Part shown: one piece after another, positions 1 through 13,893 of the stretch
Numbering within the stretch: the first letter of the stretch is position 1
Layout of the letters: the number at the start of each line of letters is the position of its first letter
Assembly (NCBI GenBank): GCA_016748015.1
Contig: JAAOMT010000494.1
Coordinates: forward strand, 273,156-337,155
Source: Geosiphon pyriformis uo1
Lineage: Eukaryota; Fungi; Glomeromycota
Direction of reading: 5' to 3'
Length of the DNA stretch: 64,000 nucleotides
The notes under the pieces: generated by a model
Database searches by the model: none
What the model saw: only the letters and a program-made list of their open reading frames with translations
What the model was told of the DNA's origin: nothing
Translations under genes and position numbers: made by a program

Positions 1-3000
1 ATAAACTGTCTGTGTCAGTTTTGGGGCTGTATGCTGGATCATCTTTGGTGGTATGTTTCTTTTAGGCAGATGATATCAATTTTTTGATTGCAAAGGCAGT
101 AAATGAGTCTTCCTTCATTATCTTGGGTAGTGATTTCAATGAAGATGGTTCTCACAAAAGTGCCAGCTTCAGAAAATGTTTTGATTTGGGTTTGGTCAAC
201 TCCTTGGGTGGAAGCTTGTCTGGAAAGGAAGCTACGTGGGCCAATTCTCATAAAGTGGCTAAAATTATTGATTACGTGTTTGTGTCGTCAAGTCTAGTTA
301 ATGCAATTCTGGATTGTGATGTGTCTGGTGTTGAAGAGTATTTTGATACTGATCATAAAGCTGTTTCTGTTTCCATGGGTCTTGGTGGTTTGCTGGATGC
401 GCAGTTGACCTTATTGTGCAAACAAGTGAATAAAGATCGTTGGAAGTACAATTTTGTAGATGCTGGTGATACTGAATGGATCAAGTTTAAAGAGGATATG
501 TCAGCAAATGCTGCCATGTTTCATGATGAATTTTATGCTGCCAAGATGAGTTTGGACCTGGACACAATGTGAAATCACCTTCGTCAAGTGGTGTGTTTGT
601 TGGCTGAGAATGTTTTCAAAAAAAAATGGTTTAAGGGTTTTGATAGTGTCTATAATAAAGTATCATCCAGATTTCACAAATTAGAACTTTTGGTGTCGAA
701 GATTGTCAAAGCCTCTCATCTGGTCGCTCAAGAGGAGTTTGTTTCTCTACTTGATACATGGAAAGAAATTGATCCTGCTAGCTTCTGTTGTGGATTCTCT
801 GTTTCTTTTGGGTTCTCATTTTGATACCATTCATTCAGCTTTGGCCAAGATCAGGAAATCCTACCATTCATCTAAGTTGTCCGAATTAAACCGTGCCAAA
901 GAATCTCAGATCAAATTGGCAATTGACAAAAGAATGGAGAGTTTTGAGTTGAACAAAGGTCATACTGTACGTAGTGTTTTGGAGCGACCCTTTTGCAAAG
1001 TGGTTTTGGACTATTTGGTGGTGGGAGATGAGCTGGTGTTGAATCCTGCTCCAGTAAAGTCCAAGGTGGATGAAATTATGGAAGGTTGGACTAGAAAGTA
1101 AAGGGTGGTGCTCAACATTAATGATGAGTGGTCTCACCAGTATCATTCTTTAGGTTATGTTTTCGATGAAGCTTTTTTTGGTGTGATGGGTTTGATCAAC
1201 TTTGACAAACTGTTTGGGGTTGTTTCCAACCTGCCGGATGGCAAAGCTGCTGGCCTTTTAGGTATCTCAAATGAGCTTTGGAAACATTGCAATATTTTGG
1301 TCCTTAATATGCTCTTGGTGCTTTTGAACTCTTGTTTATCTGAGGAATCTGTTCCTGGCTCCTGGAGGAAAGCTTGGGTTTCAATAATTCCCAAACCATA
1401 TGAATGGGAGGGTGTTTTTACAAATACTCATCCTATTGCACTGATTGAGACGGCTCACAAGATTCTCTTCAAAATACTCTTAAACAGGATTTCTTCAGCA
1501 TGCAGCATTCATAATGTCCTTTGCAGTAACAATTTTTTGGTTTTGAAAGATACAATGACACAGTCTCCCATTTTTGCAGTTGGTTTGGTTATTGAGAATG
1601 CTCTGAAAAAGACCCGAGAACTTTAGCTGGTCTTGTAGGATATAAAGAAAGCATATAATTCAGTTGGCTGGGAGCATTTGGAGAAATGTCTGGTCAGAAT
1701 TAAAATGTGCAACAAGTTCATTTGGTTTTTTGGTGGCATTCACAAAGGTCACATTAATTGAGTCATGACAAATTTTGGTTTGACAGATGGTTATCAGGTC
1801 CATAATAGTTTAGATCAAAGAGAGGTCTTTTCCCTTTTTCTGTGGCGCATTTTTTATGGTCCCTTTTTGTGCGAAGTTAAGTGTCAAAAGAGTATGTATG
1901 AATACAAGCTGATTTTTTATTTCATTTCCAAGAGTGGTTGTGTCGAGTCGCAGGCTGGGCTTTCTTCCTGTTTTGCTGCTGGCATCTTTGTTGATGATAC
2001 AATTTGGGTTGGCAGTAGTCAGAGTGCTACTCAACACATTTTGGATGTTGTTAGCGAGTTTTTCCAGATTAATGACATTTTAATAAACAATGACAAGACT
2101 GTAGTTATTCCCATCAATTGTAGGGTTGAAAATCCCGCTCTTTTCATTAGTGGTTCACCTATTTTTGTTGCCAAAAAAGATGAATCCCATTGGTATCTAG
2201 GCATATTTCTGTCAACTGTGAGTCTTTCCAAACCTAGTTTAACTAAAGCACATTCAGACATTCATCTCTTTACAAATTTGGTTCTAAAAAAAGCTATCTC
2301 AGATAAGCAGTTTTTATATTTGGTTTCAGTAGTTCTCCAGCCTATTATTAGCTACAGAACACAATTTAGCTTTGTTCCTATTGGCATTTGTAACAAGTGA
2401 AATGCTATGATTTATAAGAGCCTGAAGCTCAAATCTGGACTTCCACTCGACTTTCTTAGTGATTCAATTTATCACCCCTCTTTTTATGATTTGAAATCTT
2501 TTCTGCAGATTCAGTCTGAAGGCAAGGTTGCTTCTTTTATTAATTTTGCCAACTCTGGTGGAATTGTGGGACGTTTGTTCTCTTATAGGTCTCATGATCT
2601 GCAGGTTTTATGTTGGCATCCTATTCATCTGTTGAGTTCTCCTGTTTGTATTTGTGTTAGCGCCTCTAATAATTTTCTGGCAGGTGTGGTTTACATGCTT
2701 TATAATTGCAAATTGTCTCTGAGTGGATTTTTTGCCAATTTCTTTTGTGTCAATAGTGGAACGCCCATGTCAACTGTTTTGGGTAAATTAGTTTTCTCCA
2801 GATGTCTTCCCTCACTTCAGTAGTATGGTGTGGTCTTTGTAGACCAACTTCGTGATCATCATGATACAGTCTTTGATTGGTCCACATTTAAGCAATGGAA
2901 GAAACTGGACTCCCGTGGCCCTATTCCTGAGTGGTTCAGGCTTTTTGCTGTGTTTCTTACTGGTGAAGATTTCTCTCCTGCTCGCACCCCAGTTCTTGCT

Positions 3001-4371
3001 AATGTTGGTCTTTTAGACATTCTGGGTTCTTCTGGCTTTGTGTCTATCTGTGATTGTCTTTTGCAGGTTAATGCAAGGGTGTTGTCTGTCTATACTGATG
3101 GGTCATTGTGAAATTTGAGTACAGTTGGCTGTAAAACAAGTGCTGCAGCTTTTTTTGAGGACATTGGTATGGGTTTGGGTGTTGGTGTGTCTGGCTTAAT
3201 GTCATCTACCATGGCTGAGTTATAGGCAATTGTGTTGGCTCTCGAGTGTGTTTCTGTTTTTAGTAATGTCCATTTGTTTTCGGATAGTCAGTCTGCTTTG
3301 GATGCTTGCAAATCGGAATTGGATATGATGGCTCCTGATTTCCGGAATTGATGTTGGATTAAGCATTAGCACATTGCCAACGTTATTTCCAGTAAGGTCC
3401 TAAATGTTACTTGGCACAAAGTCAAAGGTCATTTTGGGGTTTTGGGAAACGAGCATGCTGATGTGATTGCCGGTGCTGATTCTGTTTCTGACTGGTTTTT
3501 TCCTCATCACCTGGATGAACACTTTTTGATGGCTGATGACAACATTGTTTCTGGCAATTCAAGGCACTTTGTCCATGACACTTTTTATGTCATGTGTCAT
3601 GCACGTTGGAAAATGGGGTCTGGTTCTAAATTTTTGCCTAACAACTTGTGGGCTGATGTTGATTGGTCTCACTCTTCTTTGGTGTGGCATCCTGATTTGC
3701 ATATGGTCACCAGTTTCACTAGCAGGATTTCGGCTAATGCGCGCTCTTATTTTATGAAGGCTTTGCATCATCAGTTGCCTGTGGCTGTGCAAAAACGGCT
3801 TTATAATAGACTTTATCTCAGTGTGTTGTGTTTATATTGTGATGACGTAGAGGTGTCAGATCATGTTTTTTCTTGTAAAATCAATGATTCTGCTCAGCGT
3901 CGGTTGTTGGATTCTCACATGAACACTTGGAAGACACTTTCTGGTTCTTCTGTCTTTTTTTCATGTTTGTTGCAGTTGTTGTCATCTTGTGTTTCAGGTT
4001 CTTCAGTGTTCATGGCTCTTCATAAGGGTTTTGTTTTTGATAATTGGTTTTGTGAAGCTGTCTCCATTTTCCATAGTCCCAAGACGGCATGTTTGAAGGT
4101 TCTTAATTTCACACATTTTTTTGGCCTCGCTTTTAGGGATAAGATATTGTTGGTTTGTGCCAAACATTGTGCCTATATGGAAAAGCACAGACTGATTTTT
4201 TTAGATGGCTTGTTTCCTACTTCGGTCTCTGGTTTGGCTTTGTGTCTTTTTGCTGGTGTGGTTGATTTGCTTGGTATCGATGAAGCTTTTAGTGTGCATT
4301 TTGGTTTTCGCAGGTCTTGCATGTTTTTTTCCAGCATTGGTAATTCGGTTTCTGTCTATATAGCTGCATAG
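1..4371 (+). pseudogene. LINE ORF2 (APE endonuclease - reverse transcriptase - RNase H - CCHC), copy 1
   Basis: APE motifs SDFNE, IDYVF, DTDHKAV; RT motifs PDGKAAG, IPKP, PIALIE, LDQREVFS, FVDDTI, YLGI; RNase H motifs VYTDGSL, AEL, FSDSQ, WHKVKGH..GNE.AD; C-terminal CLYC..E..DHVFSC. About 11 in-frame stops and one frameshift (~780). Confidence 0.95.
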
Positions 4372-4510
4372 TGTTGTTCTGACTGGCCTGAGTGACTGGT
4401 CACATGTAGAAAGTGCATAATTCATGCCTAGTTTAGATCATTTCTTTGATGTATAGTACTAGGTTGTGTGTGGACCTCTTTCATTAAAATAAAAAAAAAT
4501 AAAAAAAAAA
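1..4510 (+). mobile_element. Non-LTR retrotransposon (LINE) copy 1, cut at 5' by the window edge; degenerate
   Basis: ORF2 fragments followed by a ~115-nt 3' UTR shared with copies 2 and 3 and an A-rich tail at ~4486-4510. Confidence 0.95.
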
Positions 4511-7217
4511 TAATTTAATAATATAATTAGTCTTATAAAAAATTAAATTACTTATAATTATTAATTTTTATTTATTAGATTTTGTATTAATAATTTTTTA
4601 TAATTCTAAAAAGTTTTATTTATAAACTTTCAATAATTAAATTATTAGTTTAATTAAATGAATAATCAAGTCGTTAAATAAATATATATATATATATATA
4701 TATAATTAAGTAAATAATTAATTTTAAAAATAAAATAGTTGAAATATATAAAATTAGTAATTATTACATAATTAATATAATTAATTTCTATCTTAAAAAA
4801 ATTGAAAAATTAAATTATAATATTATTATTGCTACAAACTCTTTAAAATACTAAAAATTAATATTTCTTTTGGTATTTTTTAAAACATTTCTATTCTTTT
4901 AAAACTTGTTTTATTTTTTAAAAAATATGATTTTGGTATTTTCACTAGTTTTAACTGTTTATATTATTAAAATACTTGAACAATAACAATAATAAAATAG
5001 TTGCCAAATTAAACTTGAATTTGTTTTTAGTTATATTGTTTAACATAAGTATTTTTAACCAATTATTACTAATTTTAAAAGCAAAGCAAATTATATTTTA
5101 ACATATAATTTTAAAATTTATAATAAAACTTATTGACTTTTTAATAATTCTAATTATTTTTTATTTATTGTTAAAAATAAACTTAATACAAATTTAAATC
5201 TTTAATTATTATTTTTAAAAATTCAAATTATAAATTTTTTTAAATTAATTATTAATATGTGTTTAAAAAATTTTAATTTAAAAAAAATATATCTTATATT
5301 TATTAAATAATAATAAAATAAATAATAAAGTATTTAGTAAACTAATAATTTTTTTTTATTAACCGATTTTACGAGTGCAGCCCAACCATAATTTTTTGAA
5401 ATCATTAAAAATTAAAAATTAAATTGATTAAAAAAGTTAATAAAATATAAATAAGTTTGTTTAAAACAATAGTAATTTTAATAGTTTATTAATAAAATAA
5501 ATATACAAAAATTTATTCTTAAAATCTGATTTAAAGTAGTTTTAATTGGCTTAAATAATTAATTATATATTGTTTTTAATGTAAATAATATTTAATATGT
5601 TATAAGCATAAAAATCATAAAACTGTAAATTGTTTTGATAATTTTCAGTTATTTAATAAATTTAGTTAATAAAAAAACCCAAATATAAAAAAAAAATTAA
5701 ATAGATTTAGTTTTAATTTTTTAAACAAATTAATAATTTACTTATTAAATATATAGCTTTAATAATTTAATATGTTTTTATTTTTATTATATTTATAATA
5801 CAAATTGATTTTTTTTAAGTTATTTAAGTTATATAATTGTTTTATAATTAAAAAAATCCTTTTATTTAAGTTAATTTATGATTTTTTTAAAGAGTATTTT
5901 AATAAATTAAGAAGAAATTTAATTAGTATTAAATTAAAAAATATATTGTTTAATAAAAATATTTAAAAATTTAACAGTTTATTAAAATTCATTTCAGTTT
6001 TGCTGTTTTATTAATTGTATTAACATATAAAACTAAATGTTTTAAATAAATATACAAATTAATGCATTTTAGGTTTTTAAACAGATTTTTATTATTATTT
6101 TTGCTTTAATTTATGTTAATCTTATTAAATTTATATTGTAAAAACTAATATTCTAAATAGTTTAAACTAATTGCAAGTTTTAAAGAAAAATTATGACAAT
6201 TTATTTACAAATTATTTAGAATTAATAAAATCTTTTAACTTATTATTAAACATTATAATAATAAAAATTTATTAAAAATTTATAATATTTGTTTTTAATT
6301 TAAGATATATATTATTAACTTTTAGATTAATATAATTTTTGCTAATTTTAATCTGTTTATAAAGATCAATTTTAATGAATTTATAATAGATTTATGCATA
6401 ATTAGAAAAAAATTTATTTTGTTATAATAAATTAACTAACAAATATAATTCACTTTATTTTTGTTTAAAAGCTATATTTTTTAAAAAATGGCTTAATTAG
6501 TTTTTTATTATATAATTAATTTGCATAATTTCTTAAATAAAATTATTTCTAATTATAAATTTTAATTTTCTTTGAAATTTCAAAAACATTTTTTTAAACT
6601 TTTTAATATTAAATAAATTATCAACAAAATAATTTCAATTAATTATTATTATTAATAGAATTTATATACAACAACATTTTTTAAATTTTGATTAAAACAA
6701 AATTATTTATTGTTTAAATAAAATTTTTGGTTTAGTTTTTATAATATTAAAAATTGATGAATTTTTATGCTAAAAATATATTATTAAGATTAAAAAAAGT
6801 CAAAAAAACTTGATTGTAAAGTTTAAAAATAGTATTAAGCAGTATAAGTAAAAAACAAACTAATAATATTAAAAAACTCTAATTTTTAAAACAAATAATA
6901 ATGTATGATTTTTAAAAAACATTAAAATAATGTAATCTTGTAACAAATTATATTACAAAAGATTTGGTTTATTATAAATAATTTAACAAATTAATCTAAT
7001 AATTTATAAATTAAAGATTTTTGCATATTATAAAATTTACAAATTTTTATGTTTTATTACTAAAATTTTATGTTAAATCAATTTTTTTTTGGTCAAATAA
7101 AAAAAAATTTTTTATCTGTCTAAGTTAAAAATAATATTAAGCTCAAAGTAAATAAAATTTTAAATTCATAAAAAGTTAAAAAGCAGTTAAAATATTTTTA
7201 AAAAGAAATATATAAAT
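4511..7217. other. Extremely AT-rich non-coding block (similar blocks at ~14030-17150, 44100-46100, 49750-51100 and 52700-54200)
   Basis: About 5-15% GC in sampled lines, almost no CpG, no credible ORFs, sharp boundaries. Confidence 0.8.
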
Positions 7218-7339
7218 CTTTTTCTCGTCAATCCTCTGACTACAACAAGAGTAAAGAATAAATTTTGGAGGAATCACTTTTCTTTTTCTCTTTTCCCTAG
7301 TTTTTTTTAGTTATTTCTCTTTCTACCTACCCTTTTGTT

Positions 7340-9235
7340 ATGATGGAACTAGTGGGCTCTTCTGCTGGTGGTTCGAGTTCTGGTTCAGCGGATTTGAAGA
7401 CTCATTCTGGTATTAAATCTAAGTGTTTGGCAGGCTTCTACTTGCATGATGCATCCTATAAGAAGCCAAAAAAACCTGTTGGTGTTAGTGTAGTGGACTC
7501 ATCTGCTGGTTTATTGTGCTCAGAGGGGTTGGTTGGCTCTGGTGTCAAGCCTATAATGTCTTGGACAAGCAATGCTGGTAGTGTTGCAAGTAGCATTGGC
7601 GATCTCTCAGACTTAGATGAGTTGAAGAACATGGTTGTGGAGGAGACAAGTTATGTTGATTCTGGTGCTTTAAATGATGAGAATATAGACAAAACCACTC
7701 ACAGAAAATTTCAAACCTGGACTTACATGTTTAATAAACTGCTTGCCCAACTTTTTTTTGACAATATTGGTGATGATGACGACATCTTGGAGCTCCCTCC
7801 TTAAACGTTAAGTGGGTCTAATCAGTTGCCTCCAATTGCATCACATGTTCTGGAAAAATGACATTTTGATTTGGCAAAATCTTTTGCGATCAACATTGAG
7901 ATCTTGGCGGTTCCTGAGAAGTCACTTCTAGATAAATTAATGTTGGTGAAAAATTTTTTTTACAAGATAGATGGTTTTGGGGATGCTTTAGCTCCCTCAA
8001 AATTTTCTGGTGTAATAAGATCTATGTTCACCTCTGAATCAAGTTTAGTGAAGACGAAGGAAATGGTGATTAGTGTAAAAATCATGGTAAACAATGATCT
8101 CAAAAAGTTAAACAGCTGCTCAAATCAGGAAATAATTGTCAAAGAGATTCCAGTTGATCTTCCCAAATCAGTGATTGAGACAGTATTCTCCAAATTTGGC
8201 AAAATTATATTAATTAAGATACAATTAATTGGGCTTTGGCAAAAGACTTTGGTGGAATTTGAGTATACTGAAACTGCATGTTTGGTCGTGTCTAAATAGT
8301 CAATTCTCGTGAGTAAGGATTTTGTGCATGTTGCTATGGCCATCAGTGACAAGGAGCTATGGATTTCGAGAGACCGTTATCATGCTTTGTTGTACACCCT
8401 TCCAGTCAGTACTACTGCACATGATCTTTCTGAGTTGGTAAAGGCTTATGGTGGGAAAACATGCTTTATTGGCCAAAATTTTAGTTTATATGTTCGTGAT
8501 AGGTGTGTGGTCATTTGTTTTGAAAGTAAGGCATTCAAGTCAGCTGCTATTAGTTCTGTTTCTGTTTTCAAGAGTGTAAGTTTGTGGTGGACTGGTTTTT
8601 CTTTGGCTAGTTGTACTCAGTGCAAACAATTTGGTCATAGTACAATCAACTGTTCTTTGGGTAGAAATTCTGGTATCTATGGGAAACAAGTATTCTCTGA
8701 TCAGAATCGGGTTCGTCTGACTGGCATTTATAAGAAGAAGCTGGCTTCTATCTCCTGTCCCATATCTTTCACTGGTAAAACTTGGGCTCAAGTTGCTGGA
8801 GGTTCCAATTCTCACATGGCTTCATCATCTCCTTCTAGTAACGGTTCGCTGTTGGCCGTGATACTTCTCTCTCAATTTTCTTTGGATGTGAATAATAAGT
8901 TTGCCACTCTTGAGCACAGTCTCGCCAGCCTTGCTGAGCAGATTGATAAGCTGGCCAAGAGATTGGATGCACTCGAGCTGACAGTTTCCCAGCATGGCCC
9001 TGGATGTCAGCCATTGGTGACCTCTTCATTACAGAATCAAGGGGCAGATACAGTGATGGGTAAGGGTTTGGGTGCAGCCACTAGTGGTGGGACTGTTGCA
9101 GAGATGGTTGTTTACAATTCATTGGCAGTTTCTAAATTGAAAGATACTTTGGATATTCTTTCAAAAACTGTTATGGGCCTTTCAGCCAGGTTAGAAAATA
9201 CTGGTTTGGGTTTTGGAGCACTTTTTCCTCAATGA
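7340..9235 (+). pseudogene. LINE ORF1 (gag-like: RRM-type domains, CCHC knuckle, coiled-coil C-terminus), copy 2
   Basis: ORF fragments 7340, 7871 and 8309 share one frame and are broken only by stops. Motifs: VKEIPVDL..VFSKFG and LLYTLP RRM-like segments; CTQCKQFGHSTINC (CX2CX4HX4C); heptad LEHSLASLAEQIDKLAKRLD. Confidence 0.9.
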
Positions 9236-12200
9236 CTGACATCATTTGGAAGATGACTACATGTAATGTTCGAAGTATAAACAATTTTACAAAACAAGAA
9301 GACATTGTGTATTGGCACAAAGATTCATGCAATTTGGTTTCCATTCTCATAGAGACAAAGTTGAAGAATAAAGCTCGTCCTTGGTTGGCTAGCAAGTTTG
9401 ATGGCATTTGTGTTTTCTTTTCTGATTTGGCCTCTGGCTACACTGGAGCTGGTGTCATAATGGTTTTGGACAATTTTTTAGCTAAGCATGTTAGTAAGAT
9501 TTCTGAGGTTTCTGGCTGTCTTTTCTGCATTAAGTTACTGTTTAAGAACAAACTTTCGGTTTCTATCTTGGAGCTTTATGCTGGTGCTTCTTTGACTGCT
9601 CAGTTTTCCCAAGCTGCCGAGATCAATTTCTTGATTGTGAGGGCTGTTAATGAATCTTCTTTTGTTATTCTTAGTGGTGACTTCAATGAGGATGATTCTT
9701 GAAATTGTGCCAGTTTCAAAAAATGCTTTGATTTGGGTTTGGTTAATTCTCTGGGGGGGAAGCTCTTCTGTGAAGTTACCTACTTGGTGCAACTCTCGTA
9801 GTGTCACTAAGACAATTAATTACATGTTTATTTTGTCTAATTTGATTGGTGTGGTAGTAGATCATAATGTGGCTGCTGTCAATGACTATTTTGATACTGA
9901 TCATAAGGCTGTTTCTGTATCCATAAGTCTTGGTGGTTTGCTGGATATACAACTGAACTTTTTGTGTAAACAGGCAAATAGGGATCATTGGAAATATAAT
10001 TTTAAGAGTGCTAATAGTGCTAAGTAAATCAAATTCAAAGAAAATATGGCTGCAAATGCTGCCATGTTTTGTGATGAGTTTGGTGCTGCTGGAAGGAGTT
10101 CAGATTTGGACTCAATATGGAATGCTCTCCGCCAAGTAGTGTGCTTGTCAGCAGAAAGTGTTTTTAAGAAGAAATGGTTTAAGAGCTATGACAGTATCTT
10201 TAATAGGGCATCCTCCAGGTTTCACAAATTAGAACTTTTGGTGTTAAGGATTGTTAAGGCCTCACGTCTGGCTTCTCTTGATAAGTTTGTTTCCCTACTT
10301 GGCTTATGAAGTGGCCTTGATTCTATCAATGCCTCTGTTGTTAGGTCTTTTTTTCTTTCGGGTTTCTATTTTGATGCCATTCGGTCAGTTTTGGCCAAAA
10401 TCAGAAAGTCTTATCCTTCGTCTAAGTTGTCAGAATTGGACTGTGCTAGGAAGTCTCAGATCAGGTCGGTGATTGACAGAAGAATGGAGAGCTTTGAATT
10501 GAACAAGGGTCATACTATTAGAAGTGTTTTGAAACACCTTTTCCGCAAAGTGGTTTTAGACCATTTAGTAGTGGGTGATGAGCTGATTTTGGAGCCTGAT
10601 CTTGTGAAGTCTAAGGTGGACATGATTATGGAGAATTGAACTCGATTACATCAGGTGGTCACTGATGTCTCTGGTGATTGGAATTATCAATATTAACCTT
10701 TGAATTATGTTTTTGATGAAGCTTTTTCTGATGTAATGAGTTCAATTAGTTTTGATGAGTTGTTTGGAGTGGTTTCTGGTCTGCCTAATGGCAAAGCTGC
10801 TGGCCTTTTTGGAATTTCAAATGAGCTCTGGAAGCATTGTGATAGATCTGTTTTGGATATGCTTTTGGTGCTTTTAAATTTTTGTTTGTTGTGTGAATTA
10901 ATGCTTTGCTCCTAGAAAGAGACATAGGTCTCAATAATCCCTAAACCATATGAATGGAAAGGTGTACTAACAAATACATGTCCTATTGCTTTGATTGAGA
11001 TGGCTCATAAAATTCTTTCCAAGATTTTCTCTGATTGGATTTTGTTGGCATGCAGCACGTTTGACGTTTTTCATGGTGACAACTTTTCAGTTTTAAAGGG
11101 TACATCTACACAGTCTCCTATTTTTGCAGTTGGTTCTATTGTTAAAAATGCCCTGGAAAAGAACCGTGAGCTCTGGCTTGTTTTACAGGACATGAAGAAG
11201 GCATATGACTTAGTTGGCTGGGAGCATCTCAGTAAATATTTGGTTAGAATTAAAATGTGTGGCAAGTTTATTTGGTTTTTTGGTAGTATTTATCAAGGTC
11301 GCACCAATCGAATTATGATAGATTTTGGGCTGATGAGTGATTATCATGTGCACAATAGTTTAGACCAAGGGGAAGTCTTTTCTCCTTTCTTGTGCGAAGT
11401 CAAGCAACAGAAGAGTGTGTATAGATACAGACTGAATTCCTATTTTATTTCTAAGAGTGGTCATACTGAGTCTCAAGTTAGATTTTTTATGTTTTTTGTT
11501 ACTGGTGTCTTTGTCGATGATACAATTTGAATTGGTAGCAGTCTGAAAGCTATTCAACATATTCTCAATGTTGCTAATGAATTTTTTCAAATCAATAACA
11601 TTTTAATTAACAATGACAAGACAGTGGCCATCTTTATTAATAGCAGGGTCAGCAATCCTTTTCTTTTTATCAGTGGTTCACCTATTTCTATTGCCAAAAA
11701 GGGAGAGTTTCATCAATACTTGGGTATTTTTCTCTCAATTAAGGGCCTATTAAAACCTAGTTTGGTTAAAGCCTATTCAGATATTCATTTTTTTACCAAT
11801 CTGGTTCTAAGGAAGGCTATCATGGATAAACAGATCTTGTATTTAGTTTCAGTGGTTCTCTATTCTATAGTTAGTTATAGAACCCAGTTTAGCTTTGTTT
11901 CTGTTGGTGCGTGCAACAAATGGAATGCCATAATTTGCAAGGCTTTAAAACTCAAATTTGGTTTACCACTCAATTTTCCTGGTGATATAATTCACCACCC
12001 TTCCTTTTATGGTCTAAAGTCCTTTTTGCAGGTTTAATCTGAGAACAAGGTCACCTCTCTTATCAGTTTTGTGAACTCCAGTGGTATTTTGGGCTGCTTA
12101 TTTTCTTACAGATCTCATGACTTACAAGTTTTGTGTTGGCATCCTGTTTACCTATTGAGTTGTCCAGTTCGTATTTATGTCAGTGCTTTTAATAACTTTC

Positions 12201-13893
12201 TGGCTGGCCTGATTTGCATACTTTTTGATTGCAATTTGTCTTTGGATGGCTTTTCGGCCAATGCATTTCATTTTAATAGTGAGGTGCCAATGTTGGCTGT
12301 TCTTGGTAAGTCAAGATTTTTTAAGTTTCTTCTATCTCTCCGGCATTATGGTATAGCTTTTGTTGATTAGCTTTGTGATTGTTATGGTTCTGTTTTTAGT
12401 TGGTATGCATTTAAGCAGTGGAAGAGGTTGGACTTCCATGGCCCTATCCCTGATTGATTTAGGCTTTCCACTGCATTTCTCAATGACATGACTTCTTCTT
12501 CTGCTCTTTTTTCAGTTTCAGATGATGTTGGTCTTTCGAATATTCTTGGTTCTGGTGAATTTTTGTCTGTCTGTGATTATCTCTCATATGTTGAAACTGG
12601 TTGTTTATTTGTTTACATGGATGGATCTTTGAGGAATTTGGATATGGTTGGCTGTAAAGCTGGCACCACTGCCTTTTTTGAAGACATTGGTTTGAGTTTA
12701 GGTGTTGGCATTTTGGGTGTGATATTGTCCACTCTGGCTGAGCTACAAGCCATTGTTTTGGCCCTGGAATGTGTCTCCCCTTCTAGTTCAGTTCACCTGT
12801 TTTCAGATAATCAATCTGCCTTGGATGCGTGCAAGTTGGAATTGGGTCTTTTGTGTCCTGATTTTCACAGTCAGTGCTGGGTTAAGCGTCAGCATATTGT
12901 TAACATAATTCATGGGAAGAATTTAAGGGTTAGCTGGCATAAAATCAAAGATCATTCTGGTGTAGAAGGGAATAAGCAGGCTGATGTGATTGCTGGTTCT
13001 GATTTTCTTTCTAGTTGGTTTCTTCCTCCTTGCTTGGATGAGCACTTTTTGGTGGCTGATGGTGTTGTGATTTCTGGTAACTCTAGATATTTTGTCTGAG
13101 ATGTTTTCCACTCCATTAGTCGTGCACATTAGAAAATAGGTTCAGGAGTTAAGTTTTTAGCAAGTAATTTGGTTTTTGAGATTGATTGGTCGCGTTCTTC
13201 GTTGGTGTGGCATCTGGATTTGCATATGGCCGCTGGTTTTACCAGCAAAGTCTCAGCTAATGTGCGCACTTATTTCATGAAGGCTTTGCATCATTGGCTG
13301 CCTGTGGCTGTTCATAAACACCTTTATAATAGGTTTTATCCTCGTGTTTTATGCTTGTATTGTGGTAAAATAAAGGTGTCGGATCATGTATTTTCTTATG
13401 GAGTCAATGATTCTGCTCGGAATTGGTTATTAAAATCCCACGTGGAGTCTTGGAAGGCATTTCTGGATTGTCTCATTCTTCATCAAGTGTGTTGTATTTG
13501 TTGTCATCTTGTGTCTCTGGTTTTTCAGTGTTAATGACTCTTCATAAAGATTTTGTTTTTAATAATTGGTTTCGCAAGGCTGTACTTGTCTTTTATAACC
13601 CAAAGATGGCTGGTTCAAAGGTTGTCAAGTTTACGCATTCTCTTGGTCTTGCTTTTAGGGATGATATTTGGTTGGTTCATGTGAAACATCATGTGTACAT
13701 GGAGAAGAACAGGTTGATTCCTCTAGATAATTCGATTCCTATTTCATTGCCTGATTTGTCTTCAAAGTTTTTTGCTGGTGTGGTCAATTTATTGAGAATG
13801 ATTGAGACTTTTAGTATTAGCTTTGGTTATCACAAGTATTGCTTATTTCTTTCTGGTATTAGTAACTCAGTTTTTGTTCATATAGCTGTGTAG
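9232..13893 (+). pseudogene. LINE ORF2 (APE-RT-RNase H-CCHC), copy 2
   Basis: Motifs WKMTTCNVRSIN, ETKL, GDFNE, DTDHKAV, QDMKKAYD, LDQGEVFSP, FVDDTI, VYMDGSL, AELQAI, CLYCG..SDHVFS. Many stops, two frameshifts and a short in-frame deletion near 11388. Confidence 0.95.

Noticed and set aside
4378-4415. Hammerhead ribozyme in the LINE 3' UTR (CTGA..GA...GAAA)
   Set aside because: The core reads CUGAGUGA rather than CUGANGA, and I could not build stems I and III.
4511-7217. Endobacterial (Mollicutes-like) or mitochondrial insert
   Set aside because: Dense TAA stops, with no gene-like or tRNA-like sequence recognised.
7190-7280. TSD for LINE copy 2
   Set aside because: Only short A-rich partial matches to the 3' flank (aaagaata), indistinguishable from chance.
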